Shown piece by piece: positions 8,711 to 17,409 of a stretch of DNA of 33,021 nucleotides. The notes beneath the pieces are model-generated. The model saw only the letters and a list, made by a program, of their open reading frames with translations, made no database searches and was not told the DNA's origin. A program made the position numbers and the translations under genes. Position 1 is the stretch's first letter. Each line of letters starts with the position of its first letter. This stretch comes from a virus (lineage: Duplodnaviria; Heunggongvirae; Uroviricota; Caudoviricetes), in the IMG/VR virus record IMGVR_UViG_2651869781_000018; one strand, given 5' to 3'.

Positions 8711-8859
8711 ATGCAAAACGCCCCAATAGCAGCAACTATTGGGGCGTAAAACTCGGTCGGACTCACTTAACCTGATATGCGTGCCTTCCGAAGTAAATCA
8801 AAATGTGCGTCGTATATTTTATTGCTTACACGCACCTCTGTAAAGGCACGCATATTTTT
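8711..8859 (+). ncRNA. Structured leader or small RNA candidate: 13-codon mini-ORF wrapped in a perfect 12-bp hairpin (8718..8747), then a long nested stem-loop (8777..8853) ending in TTTTT immediately before the RBS of the 89-aa gene
   Basis: Inverted repeats ACGCCCCAATAG/CTATTGGGGCGT and ATGCGTGCCTT/AAGGCACGCAT with inner GTGCGT/ACGCAC, followed by a T5 run; seen in sequence. The function (sRNA, attenuator or terminator of parMR) cannot be decided from sequence. Confidence 0.3.
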
Positions 8860-8876
8860 CCTATGAGGTAAATAAA

Positions 8877-9146
8877 GTGCGGGCTAAAACAGGTATTTGC
8901 AAGAACCCTCATCGTTATAATCCAACATTTCTGTCTCTCCCTGAATATCAAGGACAAGAAGGTCGGCACAAATGCGCTGCCTGTGCTTTTGAGCTAGGCA
9001 TAAAAGATGCGCTTGAAGGACGCGCTATGGCTCAGAATGATTTAGTTTTAGCTAACATTCCGTTTAGCCAGGCTGGAACTGTAAGGCACAGAGATGCCTA
9101 TGAAGCATATGTTCGTGGTTGGCGATTAATAAACAGCAACAATTGA
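8877..9146 (+). CDS. Hypothetical 89-aa protein in the A-to-cos cargo slot (GTG start)
   Basis: GTG start with GAGGT Shine-Dalgarno 7 nt upstream; followed by a canonical hairpin plus T-run terminator; no family recognised. Confidence 0.55.
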   Translation: MRAKTGICKNPHRYNPTFLSLPEYQGQEGRHKCAACAFELGIKDALEGRAMAQNDLVLANIPFSQAGTVRHRDAYEAYVRGWRLINSNN

Positions 9147-9149
9147 TAC

Positions 9150-9178
9150 TTTTGAAGCGCCGATAAGGCGCTTTTTTT
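9150..9178 (+). terminator. Rho-independent terminator (GAAGCGCC-GATA-AGGCGCTT followed by TTTTTTT)
   Basis: GC-rich perfect stem and T7 tract directly after the 89-aa ORF stop. Confidence 0.65.
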
Positions 9179-9179
9179 G

Positions 9180-9632
9180 TTTGCACGATAGTGCACAAGT
9201 TTGCACAATTTTTTTGAACGACTTTTTGTACTTCCGGCCCGCGTGGTGGCTGGATCCGTCAAGGATCCGTACGTGCACAAAAAAACGCGTTTTTTCTGCG
9301 CGCAGGTGACGGGGGAACAGCCCGCGTTTCAGGGGGTAAATAGCATTCCCTGAACGATGTCGCAGAGATACAACAGAATGGCCATATTTCTCACGCTGAG
9401 CATGAAAAAGACGTGAGAGCTTTTGATTTGATGGGGTGAAAGGTAAGGCCGTCAAAATCGCACTGAGACGGCGAGAACATGCAGTCAACGCGGTGGGATT
9501 GCGTAAGAGTCTGACTGTCGATGATGGCAATCAGCAGGAAAGCGTCGTGAAATTATCTGATTGATACAGGAGCTGGAGAGTCGGGGCATAAATTTTTTAT
9601 GCCCCGGCGAAGCAGCAGACAAGCGAAGCGCG
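9180..9632. other. Non-coding region expected to contain cos (the packaging site), by synteny between the A-side cargo and the 3' end of portal gene Q; exact cohesive-end site not assigned
   Basis: Position equivalent to P2 cos; contains TGCAC-rich direct/inverted repeats (9181..9215), the palindrome AAAAAACGCGTTTTTT (about 9283..9298), a G-rich 19-mer GGTGACGGGGGAACAGCCC (about 9307..9325) with partial resemblance to remembered P2/186 cohesive ends, and a hairpin CGGGGCAT..ATGCCCCG (about 9582..9606) downstream of Q. Confidence 0.3.
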
Positions 9633-10679
9633 TCAGGATGTGGGCTGGGTGTCTAACAGTGCGTAAGGGTTAAAGCGGATCACCTCTTCGCCAAGCCAGT
9701 CATTGATGTGCTTCATGGCCTCCATGACGGGCATCAGCTCGTTAATTGCGTAAACCCGCGCGGCCTTCTCCACATCACCAAACGCACTTTTTTCGCCCGG
9801 CATTGCCCCCATCAGTTGCGGCGGAACGCGGTGCGCAGCCAGCACATCATCACGGGATGCCGCCTTAACATTCATGAACTCATCCTTTGCGGTGATCTGC
9901 TGGAACGGCAAAATTTGCACCCCCTCTTTGCCCCCGTTGGGCGCATGAATGAGCACGTTTTTAAACGCACCACCACCACGTGCCCCCTGTAGCGTTTCTT
10001 TCAGGGAGTCCATGCTTTCGCGGTTTACCTGCGCTGCACCGATGTAGATGATGCACCCGGCGTGGGATCCGTTGTCGTAATACAGTTTTCTGAACATGTC
10101 CGCCGAATGAGACAGGCTGGCCGAGAGTAATGCGCCAAGATATTCCGGCATGCCGTAGATTTCCTGGTTAATATCCGGATTCATCAGGTGGCACACTTTG
10201 CCAGGGCGAAACTGGAACGCGTCCTTGCCATCCTGCACATACCACCATGATTCAAGATCGCTTCCGCGTCGCATGTATTTCGCCAGGGCGTGCCGTAATT
10301 TAAGCGGTTCACCGAGCATATTGCTTCGAAGCTCAAGGAATGCGTTACCGAACACAAACCAGTCCAGCGCCAGCACCGAGAAATCCTGCCGGGAAAGCAG
10401 CGGGTGCGGAATATAGCAACCGAGCAATACATTGCGCTTAAAGTAAAGCGCAGACTGATGCCAGGACGTTTGCCGGGCAGCTCTTGCCAGACCGTACCAG
10501 TCCACCGGGGTTTCATACCACCGCCCGTTATCAGCACAGTACATATTGTCCAGCAGGTCATGCCCGGTCAGGCGATAAGGACCATCAAATGTGAATGCAC
10601 TGAGCGATGATTCTTTCCTGAGCGCATCAGCGAGATCAATGCGTGAACTCATGCGCACTTTTTTATTTTTTCTGCTCAT
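9633..10679 (-). CDS. Q: Portal protein (capsid portal vertex), P2 gpQ-like
   Basis: 348 aa; extensive motif match to P2 Q as remembered (NGRWYE, FVFGNAFLE, LMNPDINQE, GMPEYL, KLYYDNG.HAG, HRVPPQLMG, WLG.EVIRF). Confidence 0.9.
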   Translation of the reverse strand: MSRKNKKVRMSSRIDLADALRKESSLSAFTFDGPYRLTGHDLLDNMYCADNGRWYETPVDWYGLARAARQTSWHQSALYFKRNVLLGCYIPHPLLSRQDFSVLALDWFVFGNAFLELRSNMLGEPLKLRHALAKYMRRGSDLESWWYVQDGKDAFQFRPGKVCHLMNPDINQEIYGMPEYLGALLSASLSHSADMFRKLYYDNGSHAGCIIYIGAAQVNRESMDSLKETLQGARGGGAFKNVLIHAPNGGKEGVQILPFQQITAKDEFMNVKAASRDDVLAAHRVPPQLMGAMPGEKSAFGDVEKAARVYAINELMPVMEAMKHINDWLGEEVIRFNPYALLDTQPTS

Positions 10680-12430
10680 CAGAACTCCATAACCGTGAAA
10701 CGCTCGTTTTCTCCTTCGCCGCCAATCGGTTCGTTAATGACAGCAAGCATGGTCGCCCACGCAAGGTCACCGTGGCTGATCCCCCTCGCGCGGTCCGTTT
10801 CGTAAGTGATAAAGCCGCCCGGTGTTTTCACCTTACGCACGGCGTTAAAGGCCGCGACCAGTTCGCGTTCGGCGCGATCGTATTCCCACCGCCCGGCACG
10901 CATTATTTGCAGCATTTTCAGTACCAGCGACCGTTTTGATGACAGCGTGAAGGTGTACGGAATAGCAGCAGGGAAAAACCGTTTCACTATCTGATAAACA
11001 GCCTCCCCGTTCCCGCCCGTCACATCAATGCCGATGTGTTCCACGTTGTAGCGACACGTGAACTCTTCAATGACTCTGGCCTGTTCTTCAAACTCCAGCC
11101 CCTGAACGCGTCGCGTCTCCACCGTTCGAAAACGGCCACCAGGAACAGCCGGAGGAACCACCACGGACACCGCGCCGCTGTCGCCGTTGCCACTGCTGCC
11201 GTTTGCGTCATACCCAATCCATACCGGACGATTTCCCATCGGGCGGGGAGCAAAAGGTTTCCAGTCTTTCCAGTCGTCGTATCCGTCAACGCCGCAGCCA
11301 ATCAGGATATTCAGGTTAAATGCCGATTCCCCTTCGCGGACAAACTCACACATGTAGAGATTGAGGAACTCGTCTTCGGTGTTTTCATCGCGGATTTCGT
11401 CAATATCGGTGTGTTTCCAGCCGTGATTAACCACATCTTCCAGCGTGACAATCTGCCGCCATGTCCGGTCAGGGCAGATAAGTCCGTTATGCAGCGTTTT
11501 CCAGTCCACAGAAAAACGCTGGCGTTTATGCGAGGCCTTTTTCTCGTTCCAGCGGTCGCCGTTCCAGTAGGCGTATGCCTCGTGCGTTTCGGTGGATGGC
11601 GTGGAGAAGTAGGTGCGCCGCAGTCCGCTGAGGGTTGCCATAGCGCCAGCCACCTTGCGCAGTTCAGCAAAGCGACTGACCCAGAAAAATTCATCAAAAT
11701 AAAAATTGCCCGTATAGGACTGTGCCGACGCAGCAGAAGTGCCGAGAAAATGCAGCTCTGCGCCGTTGGAGAGGATGATTTTATCGCCCCCTTTCAGCTC
11801 CACATCAACTTCAGCCGCGGCCTTCTGAATAATGCTTTTAAACTGGAACGCCTGACGACGCGACGCAGACAAAAAAATCTGGTTACGCTGGTAAGGTTGC
11901 GCCACATCGTCACGCAGCGCCATCAGCAGCGCTTCCTGTGCAAAATACCAGGTCGCCCCAATCTGTCGGGATTTCAGGATCATCCTGTTACGTATCCCGG
12001 CTTCCCTGCAAAGGGTCAGGGAGTCAAACCAGCCCCGCTGATGCCACTCCAGCCTGCTGATGATTTTTTCCCGCAGTGCGGCAATCTGTTCCGGCGTGAA
12101 ATGATTTTTGAGTTTTTTCGCCCGGCCTTTCTTTCCTGTGACCGTCGCATCCGGCTGGCCATCATGCAGTTTTTTAAGCTGCCGGGTCAGCAGGTCTATT
12201 TCCTTAAAGTCACCACCTGTTTTATTCTGTTTTTCAGTAAGCTGGATGAGGCGCGCATCGATGGACTGCGTGACACGCTGCACGGGTGGCGTTTCATCCC
12301 ACTGGTCACGTTTTTTCCACGCATAAATCGTGTTCGGGTTTATTCCCATCAGACGTGATATTTCTGCGGGCGGATAACCCTGCCAGTAAAGTTGCCGCGC
12401 ACGCTGGCGCACAAAAGCGTCCTGAATCAT
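10679..12430 (-). CDS. P: Terminase large subunit (ATPase), P2 gpP-like
   Basis: 583 aa, adjacent to and co-directional with Q with 1-nt stop/start overlap; size and position match P2 P. Confidence 0.9.
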   Translation of the reverse strand: MIQDAFVRQRARQLYWQGYPPAEISRLMGINPNTIYAWKKRDQWDETPPVQRVTQSIDARLIQLTEKQNKTGGDFKEIDLLTRQLKKLHDGQPDATVTGKKGRAKKLKNHFTPEQIAALREKIISRLEWHQRGWFDSLTLCREAGIRNRMILKSRQIGATWYFAQEALLMALRDDVAQPYQRNQIFLSASRRQAFQFKSIIQKAAAEVDVELKGGDKIILSNGAELHFLGTSAASAQSYTGNFYFDEFFWVSRFAELRKVAGAMATLSGLRRTYFSTPSTETHEAYAYWNGDRWNEKKASHKRQRFSVDWKTLHNGLICPDRTWRQIVTLEDVVNHGWKHTDIDEIRDENTEDEFLNLYMCEFVREGESAFNLNILIGCGVDGYDDWKDWKPFAPRPMGNRPVWIGYDANGSSGNGDSGAVSVVVPPAVPGGRFRTVETRRVQGLEFEEQARVIEEFTCRYNVEHIGIDVTGGNGEAVYQIVKRFFPAAIPYTFTLSSKRSLVLKMLQIMRAGRWEYDRAERELVAAFNAVRKVKTPGGFITYETDRARGISHGDLAWATMLAVINEPIGGEGENERFTVMEF

Positions 12431-12584
12431 TGCTCCCCCTGAGTAATTACAGGAAGATTACCCGCGCGCGAAACTGTTCTCCTTAACCCCCTGTTCTGGC
12501 CGTTTTCTTACAACAAAAGCCCTTTGTATCAGCCTGTTACGCTTTGCCATCATGACTGAAGAACCAGTCAGAGGGGCAAAAACT

Positions 12585-13421
12585 ATGGCTAATGAAAAAA
12601 AGACATCCCGCAAAAAGTTTCGCGTGGCTGTCTCCGGATCAACTGTTGATGGCCGTGAAATCAGTCCGGTGCATCTGCGTGAAGCCGCCGAGAACTTCAA
12701 CCCGGATGTTTACGCTGCCCGCGTGAACGTTGAGCACTATCTCTCGCCATGCCCGTCAAGCGAATTTTCCGCAATGGGCGATGTCACCGCACTGAGTACG
12801 GAAGACATTACGGAAGGTCCGCTGGCCGGACGTACTGCGCTGTATGCAGAAATCGAACCGACCGAGCGCATGAAGCAGCTTGTCGCGGACGGCAAGAAAA
12901 TCTATTCCAGTATCGAACTGCACCCGCAGTTCTCCGTTAACGGGCGCGCCTATCTGGTCGGGCTGGCGATGACCGACACCCCGGCAAGCCTGGGCACTGA
13001 GCGCCTGAAATTCACGGCACAGCAACGTCAGGCGGTGATGACGTTCAACAGTATCCAGGGTGAAGCGCCGCTTATCTCCGAAGCCATCGAGTCTGAAATC
13101 ATCGAAATGGCAGAACAACGCCAGGAAGAAGGCACCCAGTGGTTTAACCGCGTAATGGGGATTATTGGCCGTGGCCGCAAAGCGGATGACGCCAGTTTCT
13201 CCCGCATTCAGGAAGCGGTGGAAGGCGTCGCAACGTCACAGGCCGACATTATCGACCGTTTTAATGCACTGGAAACCCGCCATCAGCAGGACAGCCAGAA
13301 AATCACTTCACTGACCACAGAGCTGGCAGCACTGAAGGAAAAACTGAGCACGCAGGACGGCGATCCGCAGAACCGGTTCACCGCAACGGGCGCAGCCTCC
13401 GACCAGCTGGCTGACTTCTGA
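12585..13421 (+). CDS. O: Capsid scaffolding protein, P2 gpO-like
   Basis: In-frame start MANEKK at 12585 with AGAGGGG RBS; VDGREISP, YLVGLAMTDTPASLGTE match P2 O as remembered; divergent from P. Confidence 0.85.
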   Translation: MANEKKTSRKKFRVAVSGSTVDGREISPVHLREAAENFNPDVYAARVNVEHYLSPCPSSEFSAMGDVTALSTEDITEGPLAGRTALYAEIEPTERMKQLVADGKKIYSSIELHPQFSVNGRAYLVGLAMTDTPASLGTERLKFTAQQRQAVMTFNSIQGEAPLISEAIESEIIEMAEQRQEEGTQWFNRVMGIIGRGRKADDASFSRIQEAVEGVATSQADIIDRFNALETRHQQDSQKITSLTTELAALKEKLSTQDGDPQNRFTATGAASDQLADF

Positions 13422-13444
13422 TAAGACAAAGGAGCAAATTTTTT

Positions 13445-14497
13445 ATGAATCTGGTGATGTCAGATATTACCCGCAACAAGCTGGGTTGCTATATGGCGCA
13501 GCAGGCGTCGCTTAACAATATCCCGGTTTCCGCACTGGTATCGCGATTTACCGTGGAACCCTCGGTACAGCAGCGTTTTGAAAACGCCTCAAAGGAAAGC
13601 ACCGAATTTACAAAAAGAATTAACGTGATCGGCGTGACCGACCAGAAAGGCGAAAAAATCCTCCTGGACACCACCGGGCCAATTGCACGCACGAATACCA
13701 GTTATGACGGCACAAAACGCCGTAACCCGAATAACGTGGTTGATCTGAAAAACCGCAAATACCAGTGCGAACAGGTGAACTACGACACGTTTATTTCGTA
13801 TCCGCAGCTTGATGCCTGGTCGGCACACCCTGATTTTCAGTCCCGCATCAGCGCACAGATTGCCCGACAGGTGGCGCTTGACCGCATCATGATCGGTTTC
13901 AACGGCACGTCTCACGCGGATGAGTCCAACTTCAGCACCAACAAGCTGCTTCAGGACGTTAACGTGGGATGGCTGGAGCACATCAGAACCGACGCCAGCG
14001 AACGCGTTATGAATGACGTGACGCTGACCTCCCGCAACATGGACAACACCGTGGCGCACGCGGGTAAGTATGCGAACGCTGATGCACTGGTACAGGACGC
14101 GCGTTCATCCCTGCTGGATGAATGGCACAAGGAAGCTGACGACCTCGTGGTGATTATGGGGCGCAATCTGTTTAACTCGCTGCGTCTGCCCGTGCTGAAC
14201 AGCATCAGCGGCCAGAATCCCAATGCGGAATTACTTGCCGGGCAGCTCATCCTGTCATCGCGCACCATTGGCGGGCTGGGCGTGTTCCTTGCGCCATTCT
14301 TCCCGGATGCAACGATGCTGATCACCTCGTTCAACAACCTGTCGATTTACTGGCAGAAAGGTTCAATGCGTCGTCTGATGAAAGACGAACCGGAATACAA
14401 CCGCATCGCCACCTACCAGTCCATCAATGACGCTTATGTCGTTGAAGACTATGGCAAGTGCGCGATGGTCACTGGCCTGAAGTTCGCCGACAGCTAA
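13445..14497 (+). CDS. N: Major capsid protein, P2 gpN-like
   Basis: 350 aa; FTVEPSVQQ, MIGFNGTS, LSIYWQ, YVVEDYG match P2 N as remembered. Confidence 0.9.
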   Translation: MNLVMSDITRNKLGCYMAQQASLNNIPVSALVSRFTVEPSVQQRFENASKESTEFTKRINVIGVTDQKGEKILLDTTGPIARTNTSYDGTKRRNPNNVVDLKNRKYQCEQVNYDTFISYPQLDAWSAHPDFQSRISAQIARQVALDRIMIGFNGTSHADESNFSTNKLLQDVNVGWLEHIRTDASERVMNDVTLTSRNMDNTVAHAGKYANADALVQDARSSLLDEWHKEADDLVVIMGRNLFNSLRLPVLNSISGQNPNAELLAGQLILSSRTIGGLGVFLAPFFPDATMLITSFNNLSIYWQKGSMRRLMKDEPEYNRIATYQSINDAYVVEDYGKCAMVTGLKFADS

Positions 14498-14542
14498 TCA
14501 ACTCACGGCGGGAATCATGCCCGCCTGTAACGGAGAGAAAAA

Positions 14543-15343
14543 ATGATTACTCCTGCACAGCAACACTGGCAGAACGTGATGGCACAGCGCGCAGGCCGGG
14601 CGAATGAAGGCGTGGACCACGCCGCGCGTACCGCGCATGAAGAGGTGCTGTATCGTCTGCGTCTGGCACAGGCCCGGCTTAAGGGCGTACAGGCCAGAAG
14701 CGCGAAAGCCGCCATCAAAAAAGAGTTGTTGCCGGACTTTTCCGGCTGGATTGAGGGAACGCTGGAGGCTGACGGCGGGCAGCAGGATGAAGTGATTGCC
14801 ACGCTGATGGTGTGGGCAATTGACTGCGGCGATCTTCCGCTGGCGCTGCGTATTGGTACGTATGTGGTCCGTCACAACCTCATCATGCCGGATAACTTTG
14901 GACGTACTGCCGCCACGGTACTGACCGAAGAAATCTGTAATCCGGTACTGACGCAGGCCGGGACGGATGCCGACGCGGATTTGTCCGCCTTTATCGAACC
15001 ACTGGACACCCTCCGGGAGATTGTCACCGACCAGGACATGCCGGACGAAGTGCGCGCCAAATTATGCAAGGCGTGCGCCTTTGCCCGTCGTGGCCTGACC
15101 GATGCGGACAGCATGGCCTCATCACTGAAGCTGCTGCGCGAAGCGATGCACCTGAACCCGAACGCAGGTGTGAAACGCGAGATTGCAACCCTTTCCCGCG
15201 CCCTGAAAAAAGCCGATTCCGCAGCCGCACCAGAAGATGCCAGCACACCGCAGGCGCAGGACGAAAGCAGCAAAAGTAAAAAGACAACGCGGAAGCCTGC
15301 AACACGAAAAACCACCGCGACGCAGAAGGCGAAGCGCGGTTAA
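14543..15343 (+). CDS. M: Terminase small subunit / endonuclease subunit, P2 gpM-like
   Basis: 266 aa, after N; basic K/R/T-rich C-terminal tail; synteny. Confidence 0.8.
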   Translation: MITPAQQHWQNVMAQRAGRANEGVDHAARTAHEEVLYRLRLAQARLKGVQARSAKAAIKKELLPDFSGWIEGTLEADGGQQDEVIATLMVWAIDCGDLPLALRIGTYVVRHNLIMPDNFGRTAATVLTEEICNPVLTQAGTDADADLSAFIEPLDTLREIVTDQDMPDEVRAKLCKACAFARRGLTDADSMASSLKLLREAMHLNPNAGVKREIATLSRALKKADSAAAPEDASTPQAQDESSKSKKTTRKPATRKTTATQKAKRG

Positions 15344-15435
15344 CGACTGACCCCGTCAGCGGGCGGCGTGCGCGGTGTTCCGGTTTGACTCCGTGACCGT
15401 TTACACCGCGCACCCACCGCCCGATTTTTTCAGGA

Positions 15436-15939
15436 GTGAACCCCATGAGTATGGTTGCCAGAACCCCCCCCGGCCCCGCAGAGGACGACATCACCGATAC
15501 CGATGATGGTGATACCCGTATTTCAGCGGGCGCATTCTGGCCGGATATTGTGCTGCGTGAGCTGCGTCTGGCGATACGACTGCCGGGCCGTGTGACCACC
15601 TCCCGCCTGCTGCATACCGCCACCGGGGCCGTGGCACACGTTACCCGCGAGCTGGAAGCGTGGCAGAAGGAACAGCAGGCGGCTGGCCATCAGACGCTGG
15701 CCGATGTTCCGGCACCCGTAATTAACGGAGAAAGCGTCAATCTCTGGCACTGGCGCAATGCCGTTTATACCGCCACACGCGCCCTGATTCTGGAGCGTTA
15801 CCGCGATGCGGACACAACGGATAAGGGCGACCGCCGGGCGGACGCACTGGATATACAGACATCGGATTTGTGGCGCGATGTGAGCTGGGCCATCTCTGAC
15901 ATTCTGCGCCGCCCGCGAATTTTTGCGGAGCTGTGCTGA
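15436..15939 (+). CDS. L: Capsid completion protein, P2 gpL-like
   Basis: 167 aa; synteny after M. Confidence 0.75.
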   Translation: MNPMSMVARTPPGPAEDDITDTDDGDTRISAGAFWPDIVLRELRLAIRLPGRVTTSRLLHTATGAVAHVTRELEAWQKEQQAAGHQTLADVPAPVINGESVNLWHWRNAVYTATRALILERYRDADTTDKGDRRADALDIQTSDLWRDVSWAISDILRRPRIFAELC

Positions 15940-16139
15940 TGAAAGTGAAGGCACTGGAAGGCGACACCGTGGATTCGCTCTGTTTCCGGTACTACGGCAC
16001 GACGCAGGGCGTCACCGAAAAGGTGCTGGATGCCAACCCCGGACTCTGTCAGCAGGTATTTCTGGACGCCGGGCAGGACGTGGAGATGCCGGAGCCGGAG
16101 AAGAAGAAACGAGAAATGATTCAGTTGTGGGGGGAGTAG
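15939..16139 (+). CDS. X: Tail protein X, P2 gpX-like
   Basis: ATG overlaps the L stop; ALEGDTVDSLCFRYYG...VLDANPGL resembles P2 X as remembered. Confidence 0.7.
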   Translation: MKVKALEGDTVDSLCFRYYGTTQGVTEKVLDANPGLCQQVFLDAGQDVEMPEPEKKKREMIQLWGE

Positions 16140-16141
16140 CA

Positions 16142-16465
16142 GTGAGCACCATTCAAACAGGGATCACAGAGCAGGTTATTGCGTGGCTCTTTGACCACCT
16201 GCCAACGGTGTATGCAGTAGGCGCGGCAGTCAGCATTTCCGCGCTGATGAGTCTTTATGACGGACGAACACTGGTTCAGACCGTAACGGGATCGCTGGCG
16301 TGCGGCGTTCTTGCCATGGCCGTGGCCGGGTCGTTGCGCTTCTTCGGGTTTCCTGAAGATGCCGTGACGTTTATCGGCGCATCAATCGGTTTTATGGGCG
16401 CAGAGAAAGCACGCGACAAGGTTATTGCGGCCTTTAATCGCAGGGTGAAGGAGAAGGACGAATGA
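16142..16465 (+). CDS. Putative holin (GTG start, hydrophobic segments)
   Basis: GTG start after GGGGGAG RBS, directly after the X stop; hydrophobic membrane-protein composition; position of P2 Y. Confidence 0.55.
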   Translation: MSTIQTGITEQVIAWLFDHLPTVYAVGAAVSISALMSLYDGRTLVQTVTGSLACGVLAMAVAGSLRFFGFPEDAVTFIGASIGFMGAEKARDKVIAAFNRRVKEKDE

Positions 16466-16854
16466 GCAACACATTTAAATTCAGCAGCCGGAGCGAAAAG
16501 AATTTGCAGGGCGTAAATCCTGATCTGGTGAAAGTGACCCGACGGGCACTGGAAATTTCGGAAGTGGATTTTGGTATCACAGAAGGGTTGCGCAGCCGTT
16601 ACCGCCAGAAGCAACTTGTGGCCACAGGTAAGAGCCAGACCATGAACAGCCGCCACCTTACGGGACATGCCGTGGATGTTGTGGCTTATATCGGTAGCCA
16701 GGTGTCATGGGAATGGCCGCTGTACGAAAAAATCGCAGCAGCATTCAGACAGGCCAGCCGGGAACTGAATATTCCGGTGGAATGGGGCGGCGACTGGAAG
16801 ACCCTGAAAGACGGACCGCATTTTCAGTTACCACACGGAGCCTATCCGGCATGA
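16462..16854 (+). CDS. Endolysin, peptidase M15-like (zinc D-Ala-D-Ala carboxypeptidase fold)
   Basis: 130 aa with SRHLTGHAVDV...PHFQL motifs typical of M15 peptidase-type endolysins; in the lysis cassette, overlapping starts. Confidence 0.75.
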   Translation: MSNTFKFSSRSEKNLQGVNPDLVKVTRRALEISEVDFGITEGLRSRYRQKQLVATGKSQTMNSRHLTGHAVDVVAYIGSQVSWEWPLYEKIAAAFRQASRELNIPVEWGGDWKTLKDGPHFQLPHGAYPA

Positions 16855-17258
16855 AGCTCTGGCCCACGCTGGGCGTCGCTTTCCTTCTGATTGCTGGATG
16901 GGGAACATCCATGCGTCTGTCGTGGTCGCTGGGCCGGGAGAACGCCAGAAACGAAGCGCAGGCCAGCACCCTGAAAAGTACCGCCGACACCCTGAATATT
17001 ATCAGCGCTGGGGTACAGGATATGCAGCAGGTGCTGGCGCAACTCCGCGTGGAAAATCAGCAACGCAATCAGGACGGAGAGGTAAGACGTGAACAGCTAC
17101 GCAACGATATTGCAAAAGATGAATGCGCCCACGCTTTGCCTGACGCTCGTTTTACTGACAGGCTGCGCAGGCACGCAAAACGCGCCACGGCCAGCGCCGT
17201 CAGTCCGGCTTATACCGCAGACGCTGACCATACCGGTAACGCCTCCCCCCTTCCCTGA
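16851..17258 (+). CDS. Inner-membrane spanin (Rz/LysB-like)
   Basis: ATG overlaps the endolysin stop; N-terminal transmembrane segment then charged coiled-coil-like region. Confidence 0.55.
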   Translation: MKLWPTLGVAFLLIAGWGTSMRLSWSLGRENARNEAQASTLKSTADTLNIISAGVQDMQQVLAQLRVENQQRNQDGEVRREQLRNDIAKDECAHALPDARFTDRLRRHAKRATASAVSPAYTADADHTGNASPLP

Positions 17259-17409
17259 TACTCCCACATGGGGAAATCTCGGTATATGGGGCGACCGCCT
17301 TCTGGATGCACTGGAAACCTGTAACGCGGATAAACGGGCCATTGAATTACTGGAACAGCGCAGGCTGCAACGACTGAACAACGAGGATAACAACCATGCT
17401 GAAAACTGA
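17089..17409 (+). CDS. Outer-membrane lipoprotein spanin (Rz1/LysC-like), begins inside the Rz frame and extends beyond it
   Basis: Lipobox LLTGC after a signal peptide (start may be the internal ATG at 17119); proline-rich; overlapped architecture as in P2 lysB/lysC. Confidence 0.5.
   Translation: MNSYATILQKMNAPTLCLTLVLLTGCAGTQNAPRPAPSVRLIPQTLTIPVTPPPFPDTPTWGNLGIWGDRLLDALETCNADKRAIELLEQRRLQRLNNEDNNHAEN

Noticed and set aside
8711-8859. Possible retron msr/msd (flanking 11-bp inverted repeats ATGCGTGCCTT/AAGGCACGCAT resemble retron a1/a2 repeats)
   Set aside because: No reverse transcriptase ORF follows; the downstream gene is only 89 aa. Structure retained as a leader/sRNA candidate instead.
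9126-9530. 134-aa minus-strand ORF across the putative cos region
   Set aside because: No RBS, low-complexity basic translation, and lies in a region full of repeats and palindromes that is more plausibly non-coding packaging DNA.
11036-12358. 440-aa plus-strand ORF overlapping the terminase large subunit gene
   Set aside because: Antisense to gene P, whose translation is terminase-like; the plus-strand product is low-complexity and Arg-rich.
12431-12584. Ogr/Delta-type late promoter sites (TGT-N12-ACA) in the divergent P/O intergenic region
   Set aside because: Found CTGTTCT direct repeats and near-misses (TGT-N15-ACA, ACA-N12-TGT) but no clean TGT-N12-ACA by eye; not confident enough to annotate.
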